Shown here: one piece after another, positions 9,223-19,832 of the stretch
How positions within the stretch are numbered: the stretch's first letter is position 1
Layout of the letters: each line of letters opens with the position of its first letter
Source of the DNA: Flavobacteriales bacterium
GTDB taxonomy: Bacteria > Bacteroidota > Bacteroidia > CAMBQF01
Direction: 5' to 3'
Length of the DNA: 33,168 nt
Assembly (NCBI GenBank): GCA_031412115.1
Contig: JANOCJ010000110.1
Coordinates: 1-33,168, forward strand
Program-made: the position numbers and the translations under genes
The notes under the pieces: generated by a model
Told to the model about the DNA's origin: nothing
Seen by the model: the letters and a program-made list of their open reading frames with translations, nothing else
Database searches by the model: none

Positions 9223-10226
9223 TTTACCACAGGGTTAGCATCGTTTTGGTTAAAACGGGTATAAAGGTCGGTGTCTAGTATGGTTAGCCATACTATTTTG
9301 CCGGTATATGTTCCTGTGGGGTCGTAAGTAATTTTTGTTTTAATAAAGTATTCGCCGGTTACGGCATCTAAAAACACCTTTTTATTTAATAGCACAAAGG
9401 TTGTTTTTTCGCCCAGCGTAATGTCTTCTAACCAATCGGTACCATCTTCATATCCTATTGCGCCATAGGCTAAGTTTACAGTGCCGGTAATGCCGGTGCG
9501 CTCGGTAGGGTAGGTGGGCAAATCATATGAGCCTGCATCGCCAACGTTAGTATTGGTTGATGCAGAAGCTACCGGTGGCGGGCCGGTAATAACTAAGCCC
9601 GGATAATCCATCTTGGTGTCAAAATCGGTTAAGGCAGCGTAAGCATAGCCTACTTTACCTACATATTGGCCATCAAGCACTTTAAACTTAGCGTAGCAAA
9701 GTTCAAGGCAATCGTAGGTGCGCACCATTTTGCTATTTAGCAATTCTACCTTAGTGCCTTTAGGCAGGTTGGTGGTAGTATCGGTAAAACCGTTTACCCA
9801 AAAAGGCAACCCATCAAAGGTTACAACACCTTTCCAACCGGTAGTTTGGGTGGGTATAATGTTTTTAAAGTTGATGGTTATCTTTCCGGCCTGCTCGCTG
9901 TAAAAAGGCGCAAGGCTGGTAGCCGATACTGGTATATATCCTACTAAACCGTTGTTGGCAGAATTGCTGTAATCGTAAACAATTTTAACTTTTATGGTAG
10001 CGGCTCTGCTTTTGTCTTTGATGGTTGTAAAGTTAAGCAACTCAAACGATACGCTGCTGCTAACCGTATGTGTTTCATCATCGTGCCCAAACACTTTTAG
10101 TTGCGAAGACGTTTTAATACAGCCTTTAATACCCGTAACAACGGTGGGTATACGGTTTATAAACGATTGGGCGTTAAGGCTGCTTATACCGGCTACCACC
10201 AATAACAATACTATGTATTTTTTCAT
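9219..10226 (-). CDS. Secreted protein with three ~100-aa internal repeats (SH3b-like); paralog A
   Basis: Signal peptide MKKYIVLLLVVAGISSLNAQ from ATG 10226; colinear with 10287..11294. Confidence 0.8.
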   Translation of the reverse strand: MKKYIVLLLVVAGISSLNAQSFINRIPTVVTGIKGCIKTSSQLKVFGHDDETHTVSSSVSFELLNFTTIKDKSRAATIKVKIVYDYSNSANNGLVGYIPVSATSLAPFYSEQAGKITINFKNIIPTQTTGWKGVVTFDGLPFWVNGFTDTTTNLPKGTKVELLNSKMVRTYDCLELCYAKFKVLDGQYVGKVGYAYAALTDFDTKMDYPGLVITGPPPVASASTNTNVGDAGSYDLPTYPTERTGITGTVNLAYGAIGYEDGTDWLEDITLGEKTTFVLLNKKVFLDAVTGEYFIKTKITYDPTGTYTGKIVWLTILDTDLYTRFNQNDANPVVN

Positions 10227-10286
10227 ATCAGCTTTTATAAAAATCAAATTACGTTTTATACAATAAGCCACTAAAGCTTTGTAGCA

Positions 10287-11294
10287 CTAGTTTATTGTTG
10301 TCTCGCTTTGTGTTTGTGAAAAACGGCTGCTAAGCGATGTGTCAAGAATAGTGATGTACATAGTTTTGCCGGTGTAAGTGCCGTTAGGGTCGTACGTTAC
10401 TTTTACTTTAATGTAGTAGTCGGTATTTAAATCATCGTAAAACACTTTTTTATTTAGCACAACAAATGTTGCGTTTTCAGGTAATTTTACCTCGGCAGCC
10501 CATACGCCATCATCTTCATAGGCATAAGCACCGGTTGATAATACCACAGTACCGGTAATGCCGGTACGCTCGGATGGATAATTAGGTAATGCACCATAGT
10601 CTTCAACAGTTGTAGGGGTAGTTGTTTTAGCCGTAGTGGTAGGTGGGCCGGTAATAATCATACCCGGGTAATCCATTTTGGTATCAAACGTGGTAAGGGC
10701 AGGGTATAAGTAGCCTACTTTGCCTGTGTGTGGGCCGTCAAGCACTTTTACTTTAGCTACACACAATGAAATACAATCGTGTGTGCGAATCATTTTGCTA
10801 TTTAAAAGCTCAATTTTAGTTCCGGTTGAAAGTGGTGGGTCAATGTCTTCAAACGAGTTCATACGCAAGGTAAGGCCTTCAAACGTTACTTCACCTTTCC
10901 AGCCGGTAGCAACCGTTGGTAAAAGGTTTTTGTAATCGTACATAATTTTTGATAAGCCGCTGTTGTAAAACTGGTTAAAGCTGGTAGCGGTAACAGGCAA
11001 ATAACCTATAAGGCCAACGTTTGATGAGTTGTCGTAATCGTAAGTAATTTTTACTTTAATGGTATTTACTTTGTTTTTGTCTTTGATAGACGACATGTTA
11101 AGCAACTCAAAGCTAACCCCCGATTTTAAAAAGTGGTCCATATCATCGTGCCCATAAACTTTTAATTGGGCATCGGCGGTGGTACAGCCTTTTAGGTTGG
11201 TGGTTACCGTTGATAAACGGTCAATAAACGATTGTGCTGTAGCGCCGCCAACAGCAGCCACTACAAATAACATAAGGAGTAATGATTTTTTCAT
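10287..11294 (-). CDS. Secreted protein with three ~100-aa internal repeats (SH3b-like); paralog B
   Basis: Signal peptide; shares blocks such as VSFELLN, ELLNSKM.RT.DC..LC.AK, FDTKMDYPG and ERTGITGTV with paralog A. Confidence 0.8.
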   Translation of the reverse strand: MKKSLLLMLFVVAAVGGATAQSFIDRLSTVTTNLKGCTTADAQLKVYGHDDMDHFLKSGVSFELLNMSSIKDKNKVNTIKVKITYDYDNSSNVGLIGYLPVTATSFNQFYNSGLSKIMYDYKNLLPTVATGWKGEVTFEGLTLRMNSFEDIDPPLSTGTKIELLNSKMIRTHDCISLCVAKVKVLDGPHTGKVGYLYPALTTFDTKMDYPGMIITGPPTTTAKTTTPTTVEDYGALPNYPSERTGITGTVVLSTGAYAYEDDGVWAAEVKLPENATFVVLNKKVFYDDLNTDYYIKVKVTYDPNGTYTGKTMYITILDTSLSSRFSQTQSETTIN

Positions 11295-11433
11295 TTTATG
11301 GTTTTTTAGTTATCAAACGCGACAAATCAAAAGCTGGAGAACAGGCATAATGTACATTTTTACAACCTACACAATGCCGCATTTTACCGCAAATTAACAA
11401 ATGATTTGCATTGAATACCTAAAGCCTAAAAAA

Positions 11434-11483
11434 TATTTATCACCACAATGATAAATAGTTAGCCATTGTTGGGTTGCTAACTA
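11434..11483. promoter_or_regulatory. Two adjacent inverted repeats (creD terminator and/or operator)
   Basis: TATTTATCA-N6-TGATAAATA (11434-11457) and TAGTTAGC-N12-GCTAACTA (11456-11483). Confidence 0.35.
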
Positions 11484-11526
11484 GCCCATTTTAATGTTGC
11501 ATAGTATTATGATTGAATACATGATA

Positions 11527-12948
11527 TTAGCTAACATCATTGGCAGGTGGCGGCGGGGTAGTACCGCCCAGGTTGTTCCAATCTATTTTTCTTGATAAAT
11601 ACATAGTAAGCGCCAGCACCACAAACAACCCTATACTACCCAGTAGTAGCGAGAACTCTTCTATTTGCAGCGTGGTATATAAAAAGCCATATAGCATTGC
11701 CAACGTAAAAAACACAATGGTTGCGCTGCGTTTCTTTTTTATAAAAGAGTAGGAGTAGAGCGTAATTTGCGCTACCACGCTAAGTGCTGCAATTAAGTAA
11801 GCGGTGTTAAACCCAAGCTGTTCAGACAGTGAAATAAGCAGCAGGTAAAACACACACAGTGCCAAACCGGTTAAGAAATACTGAATAATGTGGATAGGTG
11901 TTTTGCTCAAAATTTCGGTTAAAAAGAAAACTAAAAATGTAAGGGCAATAAACATAATGGCATACTTTCCGCTGCGGTGCGCCTTGTCGTAATGGTCAAC
12001 CGGAAAGATAAGTTTAACCCCAAAGTTAGAGTCGCTAACGCTGTATTTGCTACCCACCCATTTTTGCGGGTAGTTGCGGTTTAGGTGCAACACATTCCAT
12101 TGGGCATTAAAGCCTGTGGTCGTAATATTGTGGGTATCGGGCAAAAAGGCCCCGTCAAAACTAGGGTCGCCCCAGGTAGAGTTTAGTTCTACCGTATTTT
12201 CTTTCCCTAATGGAGTAAAGAACAATGCCGAGCTGCCATTGATATCGGCCACTAGTTCAAAATCCAATGCTTCGGCAGCGGTTACATCAAGCCCTGCTGA
12301 TATACCCGAACTGGCAATATCCGTTGATGCCATACCGGGTTTAGCCTCGTACGTATATGATTTAGATGAACTGAAACTGCTGCTATTATCGCGGCTGTTG
12401 GTGTTTTCTTCAACTACTGCTGTATTAGGCAACACCTGCTCGGCAGTGGCAGGGTCGGCAGTAATGCCTTTGCCGTTTACTGATATTACAACGGTTTTTT
12501 TAATGCCCTTTAAATCGCTAATGCCCATATTTATGGTAGCACCTTTCCACAAAACTTTCTCGGGGGCTACACCAACAAAATCGGCTACGGGTTTGGCAAA
12601 ACTGCCTTTTATGGTAAGCTTGGTATTGTATAGCACCGCTTTGTATATGCCGCGGTGGCGCACTTCGGGTGTAAGGTTGCCAATAATATTTAGCTTATCA
12701 GGCAAAAAGTATAGGTAGTCAATTTTTCCGCTATCGTCTTTGTATGGTACTGATATAAAAGGGCCGGTAATATACTGTTCCTGCCCCCATTTGGCGCTTA
12801 TTTCGCGCACGGCGTTTTGGCCGGTATTCTCACGCTCGCTAACAATGCTGTTAATTAGTGCTGCCGGTATAAGCAGCAATAAGGTAAGAATAGCAATAGC
12901 AATTAATTTTACGGTAGGCGATTGGCGGAACCAGTTATTGACACTCAT
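11527..12948 (-). CDS. creD: Cell envelope integrity inner membrane protein CreD
   Basis: LLLLIP...ERE, R.RGIY, W.DPSFDG.FLP, KYAIMFI.LTF, IH.IQY.L.G and LLISLSE motifs, with a C-terminal transmembrane block. Confidence 0.93.
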   Translation of the reverse strand: MSVNNWFRQSPTVKLIAIAILTLLLLIPAALINSIVSERENTGQNAVREISAKWGQEQYITGPFISVPYKDDSGKIDYLYFLPDKLNIIGNLTPEVRHRGIYKAVLYNTKLTIKGSFAKPVADFVGVAPEKVLWKGATINMGISDLKGIKKTVVISVNGKGITADPATAEQVLPNTAVVEENTNSRDNSSSFSSSKSYTYEAKPGMASTDIASSGISAGLDVTAAEALDFELVADINGSSALFFTPLGKENTVELNSTWGDPSFDGAFLPDTHNITTTGFNAQWNVLHLNRNYPQKWVGSKYSVSDSNFGVKLIFPVDHYDKAHRSGKYAIMFIALTFLVFFLTEILSKTPIHIIQYFLTGLALCVFYLLLISLSEQLGFNTAYLIAALSVVAQITLYSYSFIKKKRSATIVFFTLAMLYGFLYTTLQIEEFSLLLGSIGLFVVLALTMYLSRKIDWNNLGGTTPPPPANDVS

Positions 12949-13171
12949 GGTGTTGGGGGTTGTTTTTTATGTAAACGTACGCATTGGCAGCAATATTTTA
13001 ACCCGGCAATAATTAATTTTTCACCCTGCCTTTTTTAATGAGATTTACATTTTACTATGGCATGCTTTAGCTGATATTACCCCTTTTACTAAAAACAAAT
13101 AAACAAAGTTTATCGTCCCCTCGTTCTGTCATTTCGTATTATTGCAACTTGAAATTGGTTTAAATAGGCGT

Positions 13172-14752
13172 ATGAGCAATAAAAACAGCATATTTAGTAG
13201 CTTAAAGCAAGACTTACCTGCTGCATTGGTGGTGTTTTTAGTAGCCCTGCCATTGTGTTTGGGTATAGCCTTAGGCTCTAACGCCCCCAACCTTTTTGCA
13301 GGCCTTATTGCCGGCATAGTGGGTGGCATTGTTGTAGGGGCAATAAGTGGTTCGCAACTTAGTGTTAGCGGCCCTGCTGCCGGTCTAACAGTTATAGTAG
13401 CCGCAGCTATTGCTAAACTGCCTGCTTACGAAGCTTTTATATTGGCCGTAGTAATGGCGGGCATATTGCAAATAGTATTTGGCAAACTAAAAGCTGGCTT
13501 TTTGGGCGATTATATACCCGCTGCCGTTATTAAAGGCATGTTGGCTGCTATTGGATTACTGCTTATTTTAAAGCAAATTCCCCACTTGTTGGGTTCAGAT
13601 GCCGACTTTATGGGCGATGAGGAATTTGAGCAGCCCGACAAGCAGAACACATTTAGCGAAATTTGGGAAGCCTTAAACCACATTACCCCAAGCACCTTTT
13701 TTATTGGCATTGTTGCTATCCTTATCCTTATAGCTTGGGAAACATCATTTTTTAAAAGAAACAAAGTATTATCGCTATTACCAGGTTCGCTGGTGGCGGT
13801 GTTGGCGGGCATAGGCATAAATATTTTATACCAGGTATACTGGCCTCATTTGGCAGTACGTGCAGAGCATATGGTGGCTATTCCCGTTGCCAAATCGTTT
13901 GCTGAGTTTGGCTCATTTTTTACCTTTCCCGATGTAAAGTACCTTGGCAATGTAGATGTTTGGATAACAGCCGTTACCATTGCCATTGTAGCCAGTTTAG
14001 AGTCGTTGTTAAGCCTTGAAGCCAGCGATAAGCTTGACCCTTACAAGCGCATGTCGCCCCCCAACCGCGAGTTGGTAGCCCAAGGCACAGGCAATATCGT
14101 ATCGGGCCTTATAGGCGGCTTGCCCGTTACGGCTGTAATTGTGCGCAGTTCGGCCAACGTAAGTGCCGGGGCACGTACTAAACTAAGCGCCATTTTGCAT
14201 GGTGTTTTGCTGTTGGTGTGCGTTGCCTTTATCCCCAATTTATTAAACCTTATACCGCTTTCGGCATTAGCCGGTGTACTATTGTTTGTGGGCTATAAGC
14301 TAACCAAACCCTCTCTTTTTAAAGAGTTGTATGCCAAAGGCTGGCCGCAGTTTTTGCCTTTTATAATTACCATTTTGGCTATACTCCGTACCGATTTGCT
14401 GATAGGTATTATCATCGGCATACTGTCGGGCTTGTTTTTTGTTATCCGCAGCAATTTTAAAAAGGCCATTTTTACCGCACAGGATGGTGATAAATATTTA
14501 ATCCGTTTTCGCAGCGAGGTTTCATTCCTTAACAAGCTAGCCGTGCGCAAGTGGCTTGAAAGTATACCGGCAAATAGTTATGTGTTAATTGATGCATCAA
14601 AATCAAATTTTATTGATGGCGATATTGTAGATGATGTAATTGATTTTACTAAACATGCACAATTAAAAAATATTAAGGTTGAGTTTAAGCCCGCTAAAAA
14701 CGGCCACGACCATTTTCAACAAGAAACCACCACCGTACATACAAATGAATAG
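13172..14752 (+). CDS. SulP family anion (probably bicarbonate) transporter
   Basis: VALPLCLGIALGS, VSGPAAGL, NRELVAQG.GN and GGLPVTAVIVRSSAN motifs; degenerate STAS domain; overlaps a carbonic anhydrase gene. Confidence 0.93.
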   Translation: MSNKNSIFSSLKQDLPAALVVFLVALPLCLGIALGSNAPNLFAGLIAGIVGGIVVGAISGSQLSVSGPAAGLTVIVAAAIAKLPAYEAFILAVVMAGILQIVFGKLKAGFLGDYIPAAVIKGMLAAIGLLLILKQIPHLLGSDADFMGDEEFEQPDKQNTFSEIWEALNHITPSTFFIGIVAILILIAWETSFFKRNKVLSLLPGSLVAVLAGIGINILYQVYWPHLAVRAEHMVAIPVAKSFAEFGSFFTFPDVKYLGNVDVWITAVTIAIVASLESLLSLEASDKLDPYKRMSPPNRELVAQGTGNIVSGLIGGLPVTAVIVRSSANVSAGARTKLSAILHGVLLLVCVAFIPNLLNLIPLSALAGVLLFVGYKLTKPSLFKELYAKGWPQFLPFIITILAILRTDLLIGIIIGILSGLFFVIRSNFKKAIFTAQDGDKYLIRFRSEVSFLNKLAVRKWLESIPANSYVLIDASKSNFIDGDIVDDVIDFTKHAQLKNIKVEFKPAKNGHDHFQQETTTVHTNE

Positions 14753-15377
14753 TATTGAAAAAATATTGCTTGAAAATAAAGCCTGGGCGCAGGAAAAGGT
14801 ACAGGATGACCCTGACTTTTTTGAACGCTTAGAGAAGATACAACGTCCTGAATTTTTATGGATAGGCTGCTCTGATAGCCGCGTACCGGCAAATGAAATT
14901 ACCAATACCGACCCCGGCGAAATGTTTGTACACCGCAACGTTGCCAACCTTGTAGTACATACCGACCTTAACCTGCTTAGCGTATTGCAATATGCCGTTG
15001 AGGTGCTTGAGGTAAAACATATTATTGTTTGCGGCCACTACGGTTGCGGAGGTGTTAAAGCGGCCCTTACACGCCAAAGCCACGGTATGCTTAACAAATG
15101 GCTGCGCAACATTAAAGATGTGTACCGCGACTACCGCGAGGAAATACAAGCCCTGCCCGATGAGGAAAGTCAAACCAACCGGTTGGTTGAGGTGAATGTA
15201 AAAGAGCAAGTAATAAACCTGGCCCAAACATCTATTGTACAAAAGGCCTGGAAATATAATAAGCGCCCACACCTACACGGTTTGGTATACAGCCTACACG
15301 ATGGTATTTTAAAAACTATTTTTGAGCTACCACCCAACAGCTACATTGACCCTGTGTATACCTACGATAATTTGTAA
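14745..15377 (+). CDS. can: Beta-class carbonic anhydrase
   Basis: WIGCSDSRVP, FVHRNVAN and CGHYGCGG zinc-ligand motifs. Confidence 0.95.
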   Translation: MNSIEKILLENKAWAQEKVQDDPDFFERLEKIQRPEFLWIGCSDSRVPANEITNTDPGEMFVHRNVANLVVHTDLNLLSVLQYAVEVLEVKHIIVCGHYGCGGVKAALTRQSHGMLNKWLRNIKDVYRDYREEIQALPDEESQTNRLVEVNVKEQVINLAQTSIVQKAWKYNKRPHLHGLVYSLHDGILKTIFELPPNSYIDPVYTYDNL

Positions 15378-15396
15378 TAAATCGGTTTTTAAAGCT

Positions 15397-15444
15397 CTCC
15401 CTTATAAAGGGAGTACCATTTTGCTGTAAGCAAAATGGGAGGGA
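15397..15444 (+). repeat. REP-like double hairpin with G-rich tail
   Basis: CTCCCTT-ata-AAGGGAG, then CCATTTTGCT-gta-AGCAAAATGG, then GAGGGA. Lies between convergent genes, so it may also terminate transcription. Confidence 0.65.
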
Positions 15445-15474
15445 TTATTTACCGCAAAGAGCGCAAAGGTTAAT

Positions 15475-15500
15475 GTCATTCCCGCGCAGGCGGGAATCTC
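15475..15500 (+). repeat. GTCATTCCC-type REP palindrome (fits the dRS3 consensus ATTCCC-N8-GGGAAT)
   Basis: gtcATTCCCgcgcaggcGGGAATctc; core at 15478-15497. Confidence 0.75.
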
Positions 15501-15522
15501 ACTAGCGGTAAGAGTTTAGTAA

Positions 15523-15906
15523 TTACAAATCCTTCGATGATACTTTAATAATGTTACCGTCTTCATCTAATTTCCATCCTTCAAGAATAACATCTCTTAC
15601 TATTGAATCAGGACTAAAATTTATAATTAAGTCTTTCCTCTCTATTGGATCAACGCCTAAAAACTCAGATTTATACCAAACTGAATATCCAAAAGCATCG
15701 CTAAATTCATTTTCCCCCAGCAAATCAACAACCTGGTTTTTTGATTTACTGATTAGAATTTTGCTGCCAATTAAATCATCAACCATTGATAGTCGAGACC
15801 CTGCTAATACATCATGGTGCTTCCATTCTTCGCTATTAAATTTCTTGCCTTTATTACAAGATAAAAGCATAGAAGAAACTAATATAAACAGAAATAATCT
15901 TTGCAT
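15523..15906 (-). CDS. Hypothetical lipoprotein (AT-rich; SmpA/BamE-like motif)
   Basis: Lipobox LLSC; KFNSEEWK..R..MVDDL and SK.QV.DLLG motifs. Confidence 0.75.
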   Translation of the reverse strand: MQRLFLFILVSSMLLSCNKGKKFNSEEWKHHDVLAGSRLSMVDDLIGSKILISKSKNQVVDLLGENEFSDAFGYSVWYKSEFLGVDPIERKDLIINFSPDSIVRDVILEGWKLDEDGNIIKVSSKDL

Positions 15907-15928
15907 CTTTCAATTAGCTAAATCAACA

Positions 15929-18900
15929 TTACATATTCCTCCTATACTGCCCGCCAACCTCAAATAGTGCGTAAGTAATTTCACCCAACGAGCAGTATTT
16001 GCTGGCTTCCATCAGCTTCTCAAACATATTGTGGTTATGTATAGCGGCCTGTTGCAATTCCTTAATAAATGCAGGGCGTTTATCCTCGTTGCCTTTGTGC
16101 AAACGCTCCAACATTTGTATTTGGAATTCCTTCTCCTCCTCGGTAGAACGGATAACCTCTTTAGGCAATACTGTTGGAGAACCGGTTGATGATAAAAACG
16201 TATTCACCCCAATAATCGGGAACTCCCCGGTATGTTTCAGCATTTCATAATACAAACTTTCTTCCTGTATTTTGCCGCGTTGGTACATGGTTTCCATCGC
16301 GCCTAAAACACCGCCACGTTCTGTAAGGCTATCAAATTCTGATAATACAGCAGTTTCAACAAGTTCAGTCAACTCATCAATAATAAACGAGCCTTGCAAC
16401 GGATTTTCATTTTTAGCTAAACCTAACTCTTTATTTATGATAAGTTGGATAGCCATTGCACGGCGCACAGAACCTTCGGTTGGCGTGGTAATAGCCTCGT
16501 CGTAAGCGTTGGTATGAAGGCTGTTGCAGTTATCGTAAATAGCGTACAATGCCTGTAGCGTAGTGCGTATATCGTTAAAGTCAATCTCTTGTGCATGCAG
16601 CGAGCGGCCCGATGTTTGGATATGGTATTTCAACATCTGCGAACGTTCATCAGCGCCATATTTATTCTTCATGGCTTTGGCCCAAATGCGGCGTGCCACG
16701 CGGCCTATAACACTATATTCAGGGTCAATACCGTTAGAGAAAAAGAACGATAAGTTTGGTGCAAACTTATTTATATCCATGCCGCGGCTTAGGTAATACT
16801 CAACATACGTAAAACCGTTTGCCAAGGTAAATGCAAGCTGGCTGATAGGATTGGCGCCCGCTTCGGCCATGTGGTAACCCGATATAGACACCGAATAAAA
16901 ATTACGCACATTTTGGTCAATGAAATATTGCTGCACATCGCCCATCAATCGCAAGCTAAATTCCGTGCTAAAAATGCAGGTGTTTTGTGCCTGGTCTTCT
17001 TTCAGGATATCCGCTTGTACTGTGCCACGCACGGCGGCTAAGGTCTCTGCTTTTATCTTTTCATAAACGTCTTTCGGCAAAACTTTATCACCCGTAATGC
17101 CCAGTAGCATCAAGCCTAAACCGTCGTTGCCTTTAGGTAATTCACCTTGGTATGATGGGCGTTGCAAGCCTTTATCATCCCACAATTCTTTCAGCTTTTT
17201 CTCTATGTCTTTTTCTAATTTATTTGCTATGATATACTTCTCACAAGCTTGGTCAATAGCGGCATTCATAAAGAATGAAGTGATGATAGAAGCTGGTCCG
17301 TTGATGGTCATAGACACCGACGTTTTCGGGTCACTCAAATCAAACCCTGAGTACAGTTTTTTGGCATCATCCAAACAACAAATTGATACACCCGAGTTGC
17401 CTATTTTGCCATAAATATCAGGGCGTATAGCAGGGTCGTGGCCGTACAGCGTAACACTATCAAACGCGGTAGACAAACGCTTGGCAGGCATGCCTAAACT
17501 AACGTAGTGAAACCGACGGTTGGTGCGCTCGGGGCCACCCTCGCCGGCAAACATACGGGTAGGGTCTTCACCCTCGCGCTTAAAGGGGAAAACCCCCGCT
17601 GTATAAGGGAATTCACCGGGGAAGTTTTCTTGCAAATTCCACTTCAAAATCTCGCCCCAGCTTTCGTATTTAGGCACTGCAACCTTTGGTATTTGCAGGT
17701 GCGATAAACTCTCGGTATGCGTTTTGATTTTCAGCTCTTTGCCGCGTACTTTGTAAACATAATATTCGCTAACGTAGTTGCTTTTGCGTTGCTCCCACGT
17801 TTCTAAAATCTTCTTGTTGTAGCCGTCAAAGCTCAGTTCTATGGTGGCATAGGCCTCTTCCAAGCCTTTTATCAAACGGTCTTTATCTTCAATTTTTGAT
17901 TGCTGTAATGTTTCAATAGACTTACGCAAACTAAACAGTTTTTGCGCCACTTCGCCTTGTGATACTACCCACTCGTCGTACTTGCGGTTGTTCTCGCTAA
18001 TCTCGCTCAGGTAGCGGGTTCTGGCGGGTGGTATAATGTAAATCTTTTCCGACATTTCATCCGATACATGGTAGTCAGATGTTAGCGGAGCGCCTGTCTT
18101 TTCAGCCAAAGCATTCATCAAAGCCTTGTACAGCCGGTTCATTCCGGGGTCGTTAAACTGCGATGCAATGGTACCAAACACAGGCAGTTGCTCATCATCC
18201 GTATCCCACAACTGGTGGTTGCGTTTGTACTGCTTTTTCACGTCGCGCAAGGCATCTAACGCGCCGCGTTTATCAAATTTATTTAGGGCAATTACATCAG
18301 CAAAATCAAGCATGTCAATCTTCTCTAACTGAGTGGCAGCGCCATATTCAGGCGTCATCACGTAGAGGCTCATATCGCTATGTTCCAGTATCTCGGTATC
18401 GCTTTGCCCAATACCCGAAGTCTCTAAAATTACCAGGTCAAAATTGGCTGCTTTAAGCACATTTACAGCCTCTTGCACGTATTTACTAAGGGCTAAATTG
18501 CTTTGGCGCGTAGCTAACGAGCGCATGTATACACGCTCATTTCGTATAGAGTTCATGCGGATACGGTCGCCGAGCAAAGCCCCGCCAGTCTTGCGTTTCG
18601 AAGGGTCAACCGAAACAATGCCGATATTTTTATCCGGAAAGTCCATCAAAAAACGGCGCATTACTTCGTCTACAAGGCTTGATTTTCCTGCACCTCCGGT
18701 GCCGGTAATGCCTAGTACGGGAGTCTTCGATTTGGCAGCTAATATGTCTACTTCGTCAATAGTGTTTTTGCTCTCTTTCTCAAAGTTTTCAGCAGCCGAT
18801 ATAAGGCGTGCAATGCTGTGGTGATCCTTTGCTGACAAGTGTTTCAGCTCGCCGTTCAACTTGTCTCCCGTTGCAAAATCCGACTGTTGCAGCAAATCGT

Positions 18901-19309
18901 TAATCATACCCTGCAAACCCATGCTACGCCCATCATCGGGGCTGTATATGCGAGTAATGCCGTAGGCTTGTAATTCCGCAATTTCGTTGGGTAAAATAAC
19001 ACCGCCACCACCCCCGAACAGCTTGATATGGCTGCATCCGCGCTCTTTCAGCAAATCGTACATGTACTTAAAATACTCCACATGGCCGCCCTGGTACGAT
19101 GTAATGGCAATGGCATTGGCATCCTCTTGTATGGCGCAATTCACAACCTCGGCAACGCTACGGTCGTGGCCCAGGTGGATAACCTCGGCGCCCGTGCTCT
19201 GCAATATGCGCCGCATAATGTTTATAGCGGCATCATGCCCGTCAAACAGCGCAGCGGCGGTAACTATACGTATTTTATTTTTCGATTTATAAGGGGTTAC
19301 AACATCCAT
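15929..19309 (-). CDS. icmF: Fused isobutyryl-CoA mutase IcmF (B12-binding domain, MeaB-like GTPase and mutase barrel)
   Basis: [10 protein letters not shown]12 motif; [20 protein letters not shown] and NKFD GTPase motifs; PTRMFAGEG with Phe at the specificity site; [10 protein letters not shown]; 1126 aa. Confidence 0.93.
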   Translation of the reverse strand: MDVVTPYKSKNKIRIVTAAALFDGHDAAINIMRRILQSTGAEVIHLGHDRSVAEVVNCAIQEDANAIAITSYQGGHVEYFKYMYDLLKERGCSHIKLFGGGGGVILPNEIAELQAYGITRIYSPDDGRSMGLQGMINDLLQQSDFATGDKLNGELKHLSAKDHHSIARLISAAENFEKESKNTIDEVDILAAKSKTPVLGITGTGGAGKSSLVDEVMRRFLMDFPDKNIGIVSVDPSKRKTGGALLGDRIRMNSIRNERVYMRSLATRQSNLALSKYVQEAVNVLKAANFDLVILETSGIGQSDTEILEHSDMSLYVMTPEYGAATQLEKIDMLDFADVIALNKFDKRGALDALRDVKKQYKRNHQLWDTDDEQLPVFGTIASQFNDPGMNRLYKALMNALAEKTGAPLTSDYHVSDEMSEKIYIIPPARTRYLSEISENNRKYDEWVVSQGEVAQKLFSLRKSIETLQQSKIEDKDRLIKGLEEAYATIELSFDGYNKKILETWEQRKSNYVSEYYVYKVRGKELKIKTHTESLSHLQIPKVAVPKYESWGEILKWNLQENFPGEFPYTAGVFPFKREGEDPTRMFAGEGGPERTNRRFHYVSLGMPAKRLSTAFDSVTLYGHDPAIRPDIYGKIGNSGVSICCLDDAKKLYSGFDLSDPKTSVSMTINGPASIITSFFMNAAIDQACEKYIIANKLEKDIEKKLKELWDDKGLQRPSYQGELPKGNDGLGLMLLGITGDKVLPKDVYEKIKAETLAAVRGTVQADILKEDQAQNTCIFSTEFSLRLMGDVQQYFIDQNVRNFYSVSISGYHMAEAGANPISQLAFTLANGFTYVEYYLSRGMDINKFAPNLSFFFSNGIDPEYSVIGRVARRIWAKAMKNKYGADERSQMLKYHIQTSGRSLHAQEIDFNDIRTTLQALYAIYDNCNSLHTNAYDEAITTPTEGSVRRAMAIQLIINKELGLAKNENPLQGSFIIDELTELVETAVLSEFDSLTERGGVLGAMETMYQRGKIQEESLYYEMLKHTGEFPIIGVNTFLSSTGSPTVLPKEVIRSTEEEKEFQIQMLERLHKGNEDKRPAFIKELQQAAIHNHNMFEKLMEASKYCSLGEITYALFEVGGQYRRNM

Positions 19310-19340
19310 AATTTTCCAATTCCTGCTGCGAAGCTACAAA

Positions 19341-19381
19341 AAAATCCCCCTCCTGAGGGGGTGCCCGAAGGGCGGGGGAGT
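19341..19381 (+). repeat. 41-bp REP-like repeat, copy 1
   Basis: AAAATCCCCCTCCTGAGGGGGTGCCCGAAGGGCGGGGGAGT, identical to 19833-19873. Confidence 0.9.
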
Positions 19382-19686
19382 ATTTGTATTACACAGTAAT
19401 ACAGAATACCCGCAACATCCAGCCTTTTTATGTTGATTTGCGGCAGTATTTAAGTTGCTGCAACCTAAAGCCAAGCTTGTAACTGTTAGTATATGAGGCT
19501 ATTGCGTTAGTTTAAAAGTGCTAAACTATCATACAAGTCAAGTAGCCAAGTTGTACACAACCGCTTGCCTTTTGCTACTACTTTGCGCTAATAGCAGGTA
19601 AAGTGCAGTTGCTTTTGTACACCTATTGCGGTGATGTATGGCCCTTATTAGCTATTCAAACCGAATTTACCCTACAAAAAGCGTTA

Positions 19687-19745
19687 AAAAACGAATAAAA
19701 ACTGCATAAAAACATTCAAAAACGAAAATAAACTGCATAAAAAAC
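19687..19745 (+). repeat. Imperfect tandem repeat, ~31-bp period, 2 copies
   Basis: AAAAACGAA..AAACTGCATAAAAA occurs twice. Confidence 0.6.
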
Positions 19746-19796
19746 GATTTTTTTTGATGCTTTTTAAAAGTACCCATTTTTCAATTTCGTGAGACG

Positions 19797-19822
19797 GATT
19801 TTTATCAACGTTGATAAAAATC
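19797..19822. other. Perfect 26-bp palindrome
   Basis: GATTTTTATCAACGTTGATAAAAATC equals its own reverse complement. Confidence 0.85.
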
Positions 19823-19832
19823 TGTTGGATTT

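Noticed and set aside
12074-12718. 214-aa + strand ORF and the many other short overlapping ORFs in the track
   Set aside because: They lie antisense or out of frame to well-supported genes and show no recognisable motifs.
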